Shown here piece after piece: positions 8,813 through 17,623 of a DNA stretch of 61,688 nt (position 1 is its first letter; the number at the start of each line of letters is the position of its first letter). Below the pieces are notes generated by a model. The model was not told the DNA's origin. It saw nothing but the letters and a program-made list of their open reading frames with translations, and made no database searches. The stretch is from a virus. Its lineage: Duplodnaviria; Caudoviricetes. Location of the stretch: positions 1 through 61,688 of the IMG/VR virus record IMGVR_UViG_3300042520_002382; one strand, 5' to 3'. The position numbers and the translations under genes are program-made.

Positions 8813-10351
8813 GTGCAGCAGCAGCAGATCAGCCATCCGACGACCAAGGGCGATCTGCCTTCGTTCCATCACCCCAGCCTGCGCGAGGTGCTGGGCGACC
8901 TTGATCTGGTTGCTGACTGCTGGGATTTGCTGCGGGGTGAGGCGAAAAAGCGGCACCTCCTGAAGGAGGCCGGCGAGCCCATGGCGGCCTACAAGGCCCG
9001 CGTGCAGCGCAGCTCCTACCCATCCTTCTTCCGTGATGGTGTCTCCGCCTTCGCTGGGGTGCTCAGCCGCTACGAGCTTCGCGGCGTGCAGCGGGGTCTC
9101 CTGGACGCTCGGGGGGACGTGGACGGCGAAGGCAACAGCCTCAAGGCATGGGGTTTATCAACCGATGCCATTGCGCTCCGTGATGGCGGCTGCCTACTGA
9201 TGGCCGACATGCCGCCGGACGCCGCCGATAGCCGCGCCGCCGAGCGAGCCCAGGGCCGCCGGCCCACGTTCTCCATGGCCGAGCGCCGCAACGTCCTCAA
9301 CTGGAGGCTCGCCAAGATTGGGGGCCGCCGCGTGCCGATTGCGGTCACGGTTTTGGAGTGGCACGAGGTTGAAGACGGGGACTACGGCCTCAAGATGGAG
9401 CCCCGTTACCGGGTGATGCAGGGCGGCCAGTGGCGGCTGCTAAAGATCACGGGTGACAGCGGCAAGGGCGCCACAGCCCGATTCAACCTGGAGGTGGCCA
9501 CCGATGAAGACGGGCGCCCGCAGAAGGGCACATTCCGGGGCCCCCGCGGCGAGCCGCTGGAGCGCCCCCCGGTGGTCTGGTACGGCCCCACCGCTCGCAG
9601 CGGCTTTGGGCAGGGCGGGCTGCCGCTGCTGAGCCTGGCGAACCTCACCCTCGATTGGTTCCGCGAATACTCCGACCTGAAGGAGCTGCTCCATCGCTGC
9701 GCCCTGCCGGTGGCCGTGGTGAAGGGCCGCCGGATGACCGGGCCCAACGGTGAGGTGCTGCCGCTGATGCTGGGGCCCAACTCCGTGGTGGAGTTCCCGG
9801 ATGGCACGGGCGATCTGGGCTTCGCCGAGCCAACCGGCAGCAGCCTGGACAAGCATTTGCAGCACCTGGAGGGGATCGAGAAGCTGATCGATCGCAGCAC
9901 CCTGTCGTTCCTGTTCTCCGGTGGTGGTGAGCGCACCGCCACGCAAGCCGAGCTGGAGAGCGCCCAACTGCAGGCCAGCATCACGGCCATGGCCGAGGCC
10001 AAAAGCTCCGCATGGGAGAGCCTGTTCCAAATCTGGGGCGCGTTCACCGGGGAGTTCCCCGAGCGTGACGCCGGTATCGATCTACTGCCAGGGGTCACCG
10101 ACAAGCCCGTGGACGATGCCCTGATCACCCTCGCCGGCAACCTTTACGACAAGGGCCTCCTCCTGCGCGAGACCGTCACGCACCTGGCCCAGAAGCGGGG
10201 CATGCTCCGGCCTGGCGCCGATGCCGACAAAGAGGCCGAGCTGCTGGCCGCCGAGGATGCCCGGCAGCAGGAGCTGATGAACCCGCCGGCGCCGGGGGTG
10301 AACGACCTGGCTGGAGGCGGCGTGGATGCGCAGGGGCTGCCCCTGATCTGA
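8813..10351 (+). CDS. Portal protein (DUF4055-like)
   Basis: 512 aa downstream of TerL; E..AAYKARVQRS, PLLSLANL, ERTATQAELE. Confidence 0.85.
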   Translation: MQQQQISHPTTKGDLPSFHHPSLREVLGDLDLVADCWDLLRGEAKKRHLLKEAGEPMAAYKARVQRSSYPSFFRDGVSAFAGVLSRYELRGVQRGLLDARGDVDGEGNSLKAWGLSTDAIALRDGGCLLMADMPPDAADSRAAERAQGRRPTFSMAERRNVLNWRLAKIGGRRVPIAVTVLEWHEVEDGDYGLKMEPRYRVMQGGQWRLLKITGDSGKGATARFNLEVATDEDGRPQKGTFRGPRGEPLERPPVVWYGPTARSGFGQGGLPLLSLANLTLDWFREYSDLKELLHRCALPVAVVKGRRMTGPNGEVLPLMLGPNSVVEFPDGTGDLGFAEPTGSSLDKHLQHLEGIEKLIDRSTLSFLFSGGGERTATQAELESAQLQASITAMAEAKSSAWESLFQIWGAFTGEFPERDAGIDLLPGVTDKPVDDALITLAGNLYDKGLLLRETVTHLAQKRGMLRPGADADKEAELLAAEDARQQELMNPPAPGVNDLAGGGVDAQGLPLI

Positions 10352-10361
10352 CGGGAAAACT
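10352..10361 (+). promoter_or_regulatory. Putative late promoter motif CGGGAAAACT
   Basis: 21 nt before ATG 10383. Confidence 0.75.
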
Positions 10362-10382
10362 GCTGCAGAGACTGCCGTAGCC

Positions 10383-12008
10383 ATGCCCCGAGGAACCCGC
10401 CGAACGTCCTACGTGCGGGACAACCGCGGACGTTTCGCGAGCACCCCAGGCGGCGGTGCCCCGAAGCGGCCACCAGCCAAGCGGGTCAGCCGCGGCACCA
10501 ATCGCCTGACGCGGGACAACTCGGGCCGCATCACCAGTGTGGGCGGCAATGGCGCCACAGCCCGCGGGGGACGGCTGCGCACCGGGGCGGGGAACCTCAG
10601 GGCCAGGCAGACCATGGCGGTTCTATCCAATGGCCGCATGGCCAGTGTGCCCAAAGGCACCATCGGCCGCACCAGGAAGCAGCGGGAGATCACCATGATC
10701 GATCGCCCTACGAGCCAGCGGCAGGCCTACAACGAGGGCCGGGCCAAGCAGATGGCCGCGATAGCAGCACGCAAGGCGCCCAAGGCTTCGGCGCCGGGCC
10801 GGATTAAGGCAGGCAGGCAGGAAAGTGCCATCCGCAATACGACTGGCCAGAGCAAGACGCTCAACAAGTTCAATAGCAGGCCGGTTGGGACAAAGGTTAT
10901 AGGGCGCGGCGGTAAGTTAGTGCCAAGCCCTACCCGTGTTCCCCTTAGGGTTGCCGGCCCTGGCTCCAAAGGTAGCGACCGGGCTTTTGGGCGAACGGTC
11001 ACCAAGGCGGCGCGGGTTCGGGCCGCTTCGGCGGGGCGGAAGGCGGGGGCGACCGCGGCTAAGAAGCCTGTCGGGTGGATGCAATCACCAGAGGCACGGA
11101 AGGATCGGGTGCAGCAGGCGGCAGATCGAAAGGGCTACGCCAAAAAGTTACGCACACTACCTAAAGATGCCAGGCGAGCCATGCAAGTTGAGCGACTGGC
11201 GCGTAGGCAAAAAGGTATTGTCGTTGCGGGAAGCACGGCAAGTCAACTAACCAATATCGCAGAAGCCAGGGTGCGGCTTATTGGCAATGTAGGCAAGCGC
11301 AAGGACAAATTAACGCCCGGTCAAATTGGCGCGATGGCTCGCACGATGAGCGAATCGGCAAGGCGCTTGAAGGTCGGCATGGCCACGGGCCGCAGGGGGC
11401 GGATGAGGTACAACCCCAACGCCTTGCAGATCGCAACTGGCACCGCCGCCAGAAAGATCCGCGGGGCTCGCATTGGAGGGGTGGCGCGGAAGGGCAAGGC
11501 CACGCCGTCCAAGCCCGCCGCGCCAAAGCGCGTCACGGCGGCTCGCCCTGCCGGCGCCATCGCAAAAACAACTCGTGCAGGGCTGAAACTTGGCAAAAAT
11601 GCTGATGGCAAGTTTGCATGGTTCTCTCGTGATGGCAAGCAGCGAACCGGCGCATATAAGACAAAAAGGGAAGCGCAAAAAAGTCCAGAGATTGAAGGAA
11701 AAGAGCAGGCTGCAAGGTTCAAGGTACGAGCCAAAAGCAGCACAAAAGCTAAAATGGACCAGAAAGACTATCAAAATGCGGACAGCAAATGGGGGAAGCT
11801 TAGCGTTAGCCAGATAGAAAAAATGATTCAACGCGACACGGCGGCGGCAAGGTCGTTACAGAATAATCGCGAGTTTACGGGTAACAACACAAGAAGGTAT
11901 GGGCCCGCAATGGCCAATCAAGGCGCCAGGGAGGCGCTTGAGTCCGCAAGGCAGGCTGGCCGATACCTCTCAGAGCGCAGGGTGCGCAAACCCCGCCGCA
12001 AGCCCTGA
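10383..12008 (+). CDS. Arg/Lys-rich tagged protein 1 (putative internal virion protein)
   Basis: N-terminal RRTSYVRDNRGRFAST; ends RKPRRKP. Confidence 0.8.
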   Translation: MPRGTRRTSYVRDNRGRFASTPGGGAPKRPPAKRVSRGTNRLTRDNSGRITSVGGNGATARGGRLRTGAGNLRARQTMAVLSNGRMASVPKGTIGRTRKQREITMIDRPTSQRQAYNEGRAKQMAAIAARKAPKASAPGRIKAGRQESAIRNTTGQSKTLNKFNSRPVGTKVIGRGGKLVPSPTRVPLRVAGPGSKGSDRAFGRTVTKAARVRAASAGRKAGATAAKKPVGWMQSPEARKDRVQQAADRKGYAKKLRTLPKDARRAMQVERLARRQKGIVVAGSTASQLTNIAEARVRLIGNVGKRKDKLTPGQIGAMARTMSESARRLKVGMATGRRGRMRYNPNALQIATGTAARKIRGARIGGVARKGKATPSKPAAPKRVTAARPAGAIAKTTRAGLKLGKNADGKFAWFSRDGKQRTGAYKTKREAQKSPEIEGKEQAARFKVRAKSSTKAKMDQKDYQNADSKWGKLSVSQIEKMIQRDTAAARSLQNNREFTGNNTRRYGPAMANQGAREALESARQAGRYLSERRVRKPRRKP

Positions 12009-12010
12009 CC

Positions 12011-13102
12011 ATGCCCCCCCCCGTCACCATCGGCGACCAACAGCTCCAGCTCGCAGACGACTACGCCGCCGCCCTGGACACCCTGGCCGATCGCTCGGTC
12101 AGCAACACGCAGGCGGCCCTGCGCCGGTCTCTGGCCCGCACCCTGCGGGATCTGCGCCGGTACTACGGGCAGTTCGTGGACCCCAGCCTTCCTGACCAGC
12201 AGAGCGCCGATGGCGTGACGCGCCGGCCGGGGTCGTACTCGATCGCCGATGGCTCCGCCAAATTCCGCAAGCTCCTGGAGCTCGCCCAAGCCTTCGCGTC
12301 GGATCGGGAGCTCCAGTGGCTGCAGAACCGCTACCGCGAGGACTTCGCCGAAGCGGTGGCCCTCGGCGGCGACCTGGGGCAGCAGCTCGCGCAGACCGCC
12401 AACCCTGACGCCACGGCGCAGAGCACGTTCGTGGGCGCCAGCAGGGCCGCAGTGGAGGCCGCCGCCAACACCGCCAGCGCCTACATCCGAGGCGAGGTGG
12501 AGAGCTTCCGCGACAACATCGCCCGGATCGTCACCGATGGCATCGGCCGCGGGAAGGGGCCCCGCGTGCTGGAGCGGGAGATCAGGACGGCGCTGCAGGG
12601 GGCCCGCGATCCGCAGGGGCTGAACAATCGGCTGGGCCTGGAGCAGCGGGCTGAGCTGATCGCCCGCAGTGAGCTGGCCAACGCCTATGTGGGGGCCCAG
12701 AAGGCAGCAGCCGCCCGCAACGGGTTCGGCTATGCCCGGTGGATCGCCACCAAGGACGAGCGGACGTGCGCCGTTTGCGCCTCGCGCCATGGCCGGATCT
12801 ACCGGCTTGATGAGATCGTGGCGCCGGGGCATCCTCGCTGCCGATGCAGCCTTTCCCCCGTGGCCACCGAAGCCGTGGAAGAGGCCGATCCCGCCCTCAG
12901 GGCCACCCTGTTGCGGGAAGATTACTGGGAGCGCTCGCGCAAGGCCGTGGCCGAGGAGTTTGCCGCCGCCAAGGGTGGAGCCGATAAGGGCTGGCCCTTC
13001 GCCCGTGCCTCCCAGGTGCTGGAGGAGGCCGTGCGCAAGCCCTCCCCCAGCGAGCGGCGGCAGTATCCCGACATTGAACGGGCGCCGGTGCCGGTGGCCT
13101 AA
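12011..13102 (+). CDS. MuF/SPP1 gp7-like minor head protein
   Basis: RAELIARSE, W.ATKDERTCAVC..RHGRIY, HPRCRC. Confidence 0.9.
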   Translation: MPPPVTIGDQQLQLADDYAAALDTLADRSVSNTQAALRRSLARTLRDLRRYYGQFVDPSLPDQQSADGVTRRPGSYSIADGSAKFRKLLELAQAFASDRELQWLQNRYREDFAEAVALGGDLGQQLAQTANPDATAQSTFVGASRAAVEAAANTASAYIRGEVESFRDNIARIVTDGIGRGKGPRVLEREIRTALQGARDPQGLNNRLGLEQRAELIARSELANAYVGAQKAAAARNGFGYARWIATKDERTCAVCASRHGRIYRLDEIVAPGHPRCRCSLSPVATEAVEEADPALRATLLREDYWERSRKAVAEEFAAAKGGADKGWPFARASQVLEEAVRKPSPSERRQYPDIERAPVPVA

Positions 13103-13138
13103 GGCGTCTCGCCCGTCCCGTTACTGGGATCCCGGCTA

Positions 13139-13148
13139 CGGGAAAACT
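13139..13148 (+). promoter_or_regulatory. Putative late promoter motif CGGGAAAACT
   Basis: 21 nt before GTG 13170. Confidence 0.75.
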
Positions 13149-13169
13149 GCAGCAGTAGCAGCGGTTCCA

Positions 13170-14210
13170 GTGGCGGGCGGTAGCAGGGGCAGGCGGACCT
13201 ACGCCAGGGACGACCGGGGGCGCTTCGCGAGCACCGGCACCGCTCGATCCCGTCCCGCCCCCAAGAAGGCGGCCACCAGTGGCCCGAACCGCCTCACCCG
13301 CGGCAACTCCGGCCGGATCGTTGGCGTCGGCAAGAACGGGGCGACCGCACGAGGGGGGAGGCTCCGCACTGCAGCGGGGAATCAGCGGGCAACGCAGACC
13401 GCCCGGCTTGCCCGTATGGGCGGCACCATCGCCAAGCCGAAGGGCCTCAAGCCCGGCACCCTCACGGCCAAGGCCAAGGCCAAGCCCACCAAGCCCGCCA
13501 CCCCTCGGGGCCCCGCCAGCAGCCGCCTCATGCCTGGGGAGTTGATGAACGCGGTGGCGCGGCCGGTGAACACGATGGCGAAGCCGAGGAAAGGGCGGAA
13601 TCCGTATCAGGCTGGCATTGCAAACATGGAGTACCAAGTATCAGCCACGAATGACGACAAAAAGGCTCGACTCGCCAACGCGCAAGCGACTAAGGCAATG
13701 TTTGAAGGTCAAGGGCTATCCGTGAAATACAACAGCGGTCGCGGCAGTAGTACGGTTGCGAGTTACAACCCTGCCACAAAGCAAATGACCATCAATAGGT
13801 CGCATACCAGTTGGGTAAATCCTGCTGCGGCTGCAATTAAAGAGCGCAGGAGAGGGGCGAAATCAAGCTCTGCGCCTATGCACACCTTTTTCCATGAAAT
13901 GGGCCACGCAAGGGACAAGAATCTTTTGTCTCGATCTACGCCGTTTGGTCAGTTCTGGGTGCTGGCCACGCAGAAAGGGCCAAGCCAAGAAGCCAGGGCG
14001 GCAAGGGGCAATCAGATGGAACGGCTTGCCCGTCGCGTCAGCCGCTACGCCACTACCAACCCCTCCGAGTTCATCGCCGAAACCTACGCCGGCCTCAAAA
14101 CCGGCCGCCGCTACGACTTCCAGGTGATGCGTGCCTACCGCGAGGCCATGGGCCTCTCGCCGACCCCTGCCGCCCGCCGCCGCAGCCGCCTCAGAAGATC
14201 CAAGCCCTGA
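13170..14210 (+). CDS. Tagged protein 2 with C-terminal zincin (HExxH) metallopeptidase domain
   Basis: GTG start gives RRTYARDDRGRFAST; HTFFHEMGH and SRYATTNPSEFIAE. Confidence 0.8.
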   Translation: MAGGSRGRRTYARDDRGRFASTGTARSRPAPKKAATSGPNRLTRGNSGRIVGVGKNGATARGGRLRTAAGNQRATQTARLARMGGTIAKPKGLKPGTLTAKAKAKPTKPATPRGPASSRLMPGELMNAVARPVNTMAKPRKGRNPYQAGIANMEYQVSATNDDKKARLANAQATKAMFEGQGLSVKYNSGRGSSTVASYNPATKQMTINRSHTSWVNPAAAAIKERRRGAKSSSAPMHTFFHEMGHARDKNLLSRSTPFGQFWVLATQKGPSQEARAARGNQMERLARRVSRYATTNPSEFIAETYAGLKTGRRYDFQVMRAYREAMGLSPTPAARRRSRLRRSKP

Positions 14211-14220
14211 CGGGAAAACT
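14211..14220 (+). promoter_or_regulatory. Putative late promoter motif CGGGAAAACT
   Basis: 20 nt before ATG 14241. Confidence 0.75.
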
Positions 14221-14240
14221 GGGATAGCACCGTCAGCGCC

Positions 14241-15542
14241 ATGGCCCGAAGATCCGCCCGCCGCACCTATGTCCGTGATGGCCGGGGCCGCTTTGCCTCA
14301 ACTGGCACCACCACCGCCAAGGCCAAGCCCGCCGCCAGGCGAGCGCAGCGGGGCACGAACCGGATCACCAGGGACAACAGCGGCAAGATCACCGGCGTGG
14401 GCAAGAGCGGCGCCACAGCGAGGGGCGGTCGCATCAGGACCGCCGCCGGGAATCAGCGGGGGGCGGTGCTGGAGCGAGTGAAGAAGCGGCAGTCTCCTTC
14501 CGGGGCGATTAGGCGAACCGACATAAACAAGGCAAGGATTCACAACACGGTCAGCAAAATGGCTGAAAAGCGCAATAAGTCAGGCCTAAATAATCCTGTT
14601 CGCAAGATTGAAGATAATGCGGCGCGATTGAAGGCAGCGAGCAAGCGGATTGCAGGGCAGAATCGGGCCAAGCCAGCCGCTCCGGTCAAGCCAGCCAAGG
14701 CGCCACGGGCAGGCAAGGTGAAGGGCCCAAGCAAGGGCGAGCGAGTGTTGGCGCGGATTGCTCAAAACTTTGCCAGAGCATCCGCTGAGAGCCGCAGCAA
14801 GAAAGAGGAGCGCAAATTGGCGAGAACTGCCGCAGTCGCTGAGATGGCGCAAGGACGTGTTTCGCGACTGGCAGTAGGGAAGCGAGATCCAGCGCAGCAA
14901 TACACAAGGGCGGAGCTTTTGCCACAACTCAACAAGTCTCTCAAGCGGCCAATACCTAAGCGAGAAAGGAAGTCAACCCTTAATCCGGACTTCACGCGTG
15001 GACTCAGAGGTATTGCGCAAGGTGGAATGACGAAACTCAGGGCCGCTGCCAGAAAGCAGGGCAAGCTCACGGGTTCGCGGGCGCCCAAGCAACTTCGATC
15101 AGCCCGCACTGCCGGAACCGTCCGCAAACCCAAGGGCTACGCCCCTCCGAAGGCGGCACAGGCGAAAGTGCAGCCCCCAAAGCCCACGAGCAGGCGCATG
15201 CTCCGCATCAAAGCCTCTGGGCCGGCTGGCAAGTACAAGGGCGCATGGAACATGCCCGATTTCGCCAAGGGGCCCCGCTCCGCTGGCACCGTGCGGAGAC
15301 CCAAGGGCTACAGCCCTCCAAAACCTCAGGCGACAAGCATCAGCAGTTCGGTTCGCAATCGAGCAGCCTCAGCGCAGCGCCGCCGCCGCAACTCCATCCT
15401 TGACAGGACCAGGGGCACGATCGGCCGCAGGGGCCGCAACAGCAAGGAGAACCCCCGCATCCGAGCCGTAGACACCGGCATGCGGCAACTTGCCTTGGTC
15501 GGCAAGCCCAAGAAGCTCAAGCGCTACAAGCCCGTCAAGTAG
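14241..15542 (+). CDS. Arg/Lys-rich tagged protein 3
   Basis: RRTYVRDGRGRFAST; internal duplicated AGTVRxPKGYxPPK. Confidence 0.8.
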   Translation: MARRSARRTYVRDGRGRFASTGTTTAKAKPAARRAQRGTNRITRDNSGKITGVGKSGATARGGRIRTAAGNQRGAVLERVKKRQSPSGAIRRTDINKARIHNTVSKMAEKRNKSGLNNPVRKIEDNAARLKAASKRIAGQNRAKPAAPVKPAKAPRAGKVKGPSKGERVLARIAQNFARASAESRSKKEERKLARTAAVAEMAQGRVSRLAVGKRDPAQQYTRAELLPQLNKSLKRPIPKRERKSTLNPDFTRGLRGIAQGGMTKLRAAARKQGKLTGSRAPKQLRSARTAGTVRKPKGYAPPKAAQAKVQPPKPTSRRMLRIKASGPAGKYKGAWNMPDFAKGPRSAGTVRRPKGYSPPKPQATSISSSVRNRAASAQRRRRNSILDRTRGTIGRRGRNSKENPRIRAVDTGMRQLALVGKPKKLKRYKPVK

Positions 15543-15582
15543 GCGCCAGGCACTGCCCCCCCCGCCCTGACGCCTTCCCGAG

Positions 15583-15650
15583 GTAACGCCTGCGTTACAG
15601 CTTGTGAAGTGGCCTGTCCAGACACGGGCGAGGAGTAACGGTTGCGTTAC
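15583..15650. promoter_or_regulatory. Two palindromic operator-like sites GTAACG-N4-CGTTAC
   Basis: 15583-15598 and 15635-15650, intergenic. Confidence 0.65.
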
Positions 15651-15708
15651 TGTGAGGTTTCAGGGGAGGGATCAGCTTCCCCGCCTCTCAACCAGCGAAC
15701 CCCCTTCC

Positions 15709-16038
15709 ATGTCCAAGATCCAATACGCCAAGACCCCAGCGACCGCCGCCGACTTCCACCAAGGCCCGCGGCCCGAATGGATGACCGCTCCATGGGCCGG
15801 GCGCCCACCGATCGAGCTTCACATCTGGCGCCCTGTGCCCCCGAGCCCCGCAACCCTCTACGAAACCCGCGCCTTCGCCCGCGACACGATCAAGGCCGCC
15901 CATGACGCGGGCTGGCACCGTGAGGCGTTTGCCTTGGGTGACCGCCTCTATGAGATCGGCTACCAGCCCACCCCCGAGGCCGCTGCCGCTGTTCAGAGCG
16001 CCGCCGAGTTCCTGGCGGATCGCTTGGCTAGAGCCTGA
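15709..16038 (+). CDS. Cassette gene A, hypothetical
   Basis: ATG 15709; stop codon lies in repeat 1. Confidence 0.65.
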   Translation: MSKIQYAKTPATAADFHQGPRPEWMTAPWAGRPPIELHIWRPVPPSPATLYETRAFARDTIKAAHDAGWHREAFALGDRLYEIGYQPTPEAAAAVQSAAEFLADRLARA

Positions 16039-16069
16039 TCCCCACGGCCCGCCGGGAGCCCATCCCGGC
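16033..16069 (+). repeat. 37-bp intergenic hairpin repeat, copy 1
   Basis: GCCTGATCCCCACGGCCCGCCGGGAGCCCATCCCGGC; stem GCCGGGA/TCCCGGC. Confidence 0.9.
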
Positions 16070-16092
16070 CCCTCCCCTTCGCACCTCCTCCC

Positions 16093-16284
16093 ATGAAAGC
16101 CCGCGCCTACATCACAAAATCGAAGGCCGGCCACTACACCCTCACGGTCCGCGCCGCCTGCTACCGGGGCCTGTCCGTCCGGCGTGGCCTGATCGAATCC
16201 CTGGAGCAGGCCCGCGCCGCCTTACCTGCCCTGCTGCAAGAACTGGAGGCCGAGGCCACCCGCCTGGGCCTGACCCATGCCTGA
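16093..16284 (+). CDS. Cassette gene B, hypothetical
   Basis: Lies between repeats 1 and 2. Confidence 0.65.
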   Translation: MKARAYITKSKAGHYTLTVRAACYRGLSVRRGLIESLEQARAALPALLQELEAEATRLGLTHA

Positions 16285-16316
16285 TCCCCCACGGCCCGCC
16301 GGGAGCCCATCCCGGC
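16279..16316 (+). repeat. Intergenic hairpin repeat, copy 2
   Basis: Near-identical to copy 1 (one extra C). Confidence 0.9.
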
Positions 16317-16341
16317 AACCCATCCCACCGCATCGCCTCCA

Positions 16342-16497
16342 ATGACCGCCCCCACCCCCGCACATTTGCTCCAAATCGAAGCTCAGATCAAAGCCATGGT
16401 TCGGCGCAAGTCCCGCGAAATGGACGAGCGCCTCGCACGCTGCGCCGCTGAGCTGGGTTACACGGCAACCGGCAATCCTGATTGCCCTTACGCCTGA
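16342..16497 (+). CDS. Cassette gene C, 51 aa (not in ORF track)
   Basis: MTAPTPAHLLQIEAQIKAMVRRKSREMDERLARCAAELGYTATGNPDCPYA; stop lies in repeat 3. Confidence 0.6.
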   Translation: MTAPTPAHLLQIEAQIKAMVRRKSREMDERLARCAAELGYTATGNPDCPYA

Positions 16498-16528
16498 CCC
16501 CCACGGCCCGCCGGGAGCCTATCCCGGC
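16492..16528 (+). repeat. Intergenic hairpin repeat, copy 3
   Basis: GCCTGACCCCCACGGCCCGCCGGGAGCCTATCCCGGC. Confidence 0.9.
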
Positions 16529-16553
16529 AAACCATTCCATCGCATCAACAGCC

Positions 16554-16913
16554 ATGCCTGCCACTGCCGTCTACCCCTGCCTTCGCTGCTGCGGAAACGG
16601 CCGAATCTCCGTCTACAGCAATGTCCTGGGGGGCGTTTGCTTCAAGTGTGGCGGCAGCGGCCTTCAGGCTCGCAAGCCATCCCCTCCCACAATTCAATGG
16701 GCCGTGTTCTTTCTGGACATCAGCACCGGCAAGCCGGCCCATGCCTACAACCAGACCGGCAAGACCGAGAAGTCTGCAATCGAAAAGGCCAGGGCCACCT
16801 ACGCCAAGGCCTCCGAGGCCTTCCGCCAGCGGTTCGACCCTGAGCAAGCCACCGCTTGCCACGTCTCCGAGATCAGCATCTGCCCCGAGACCGGGAAGAT
16901 CGTCCGCGCATGA
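16554..16913 (+). CDS. Cassette gene D, zinc-finger protein
   Basis: CLRCCGNG...GVCFKCGGSG (two CxxCxGxG). Confidence 0.7.
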   Translation: MPATAVYPCLRCCGNGRISVYSNVLGGVCFKCGGSGLQARKPSPPTIQWAVFFLDISTGKPAHAYNQTGKTEKSAIEKARATYAKASEAFRQRFDPEQATACHVSEISICPETGKIVRA

Positions 16914-17101
16914 TCGGCATTGCCCGCCACATGCAGATCGATGACCTGCGCGTCCTCTGCGGCCTGGCCGGAGTTCAGCTCAAGACAACCGACCCCAAGC
17001 TGGTCGACTGCCTCAACTGCCGAAGGTGCATCCGCGCCGATCGCAACCGACAACGGGCAGCAGCAGATATAACTCCGTCGCTCCCCCCTGCAGATGCCTG
17101 A
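16910..17101 (+). CDS. Small Cys-containing protein
   Basis: ATGA overlap; H..LCG..VDCLNC. Confidence 0.55.
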   Translation: MIGIARHMQIDDLRVLCGLAGVQLKTTDPKLVDCLNCRRCIRADRNRQRAAADITPSLPPADA

Positions 17102-17324
17102 CCCCACCGCCGCCGCCCGGCAGCGCCGCTTCAAGCTCCGCCAAGCCGGCCTCCTGCCCCCCGCAGAGAAGATCGCCTGCATCGGCCCCGACTGCACCAC
17201 CACGCACGACGGCCGCCACGGCCTCCACTGCTCCCGCTGCTGGGAGCGCTTCACGCCAAAAGGGCGAGCCGATCGAGCGGCGCGGGTCGCCCGGTTTAGA
17301 GCCAAGCAAGCGCCCCCTCAGTAG
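17094..17324 (+). CDS. Small basic Cys-containing protein, possible DNA-binding regulator
   Basis: AAARQRRFK, CxxxxC..HCSRCW, RAARVARFR. Confidence 0.6.
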   Translation: MPDPTAAARQRRFKLRQAGLLPPAEKIACIGPDCTTTHDGRHGLHCSRCWERFTPKGRADRAARVARFRAKQAPPQ

Positions 17325-17334
17325 CGGGAAAACT
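17325..17334 (+). promoter_or_regulatory. Putative late promoter motif CGGGAAAACT
   Basis: 22 nt before ATG 17357. Confidence 0.7.
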
Positions 17335-17356
17335 CAGGTACGGCTTGAATGCCCCC

Positions 17357-17620
17357 ATGCCCGACCGCTCCCCCACGCTTCGCCTGTTCCAGGGCCTCAG
17401 TGTCGCTGTTCTCGGCCGCAATGCCCCGGCGGCACGGCAGGGCCTGCGGATGCTCACCACTCTCACCGACGACCCCGAGGGAGAGCAGATCCTGCGGCTG
17501 CTGAGCAACAACCTCGATCCCGCCGGCCGGTTCTGGCTGGGCACCCTGCATGGGGCCCGCGTGGGCCTGGAGGATCCGGCCCTGGAGGGCCCGGCTGCGG
17601 GAAAACTGCTGGCAGCCTGA
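17357..17620 (+). CDS. Hypothetical late protein
   Basis: ATG at motif-typical spacing within track ORF 17345..17620. Confidence 0.65.
   Translation: MPDRSPTLRLFQGLSVAVLGRNAPAARQGLRMLTTLTDDPEGEQILRLLSNNLDPAGRFWLGTLHGARVGLEDPALEGPAAGKLLAA
17598..17607 (+). promoter_or_regulatory. Putative late promoter motif CGGGAAAACT
   Basis: Inside the end of the upstream gene; 16-22 nt before the next start. Confidence 0.7.
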
Positions 17621-17623
17621 TCT

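Noticed and set aside
12669-13169. N-terminal part of the 513-aa track ORF
   Set aside because: It overlaps MuF; the promoter motif and shared tag place the start at GTG 13170
16033-16528. 37-bp repeats as a CRISPR array
   Set aside because: The intervals are about 175-210 bp whole ORFs, not 30-40 bp spacers, and no cas genes are seen
16033-16528. Repeats as canonical integron attC sites
   Set aside because: Too short, no RYYYAAC/GTTRRRY ends, and the integrase looks like an ordinary phage integrase
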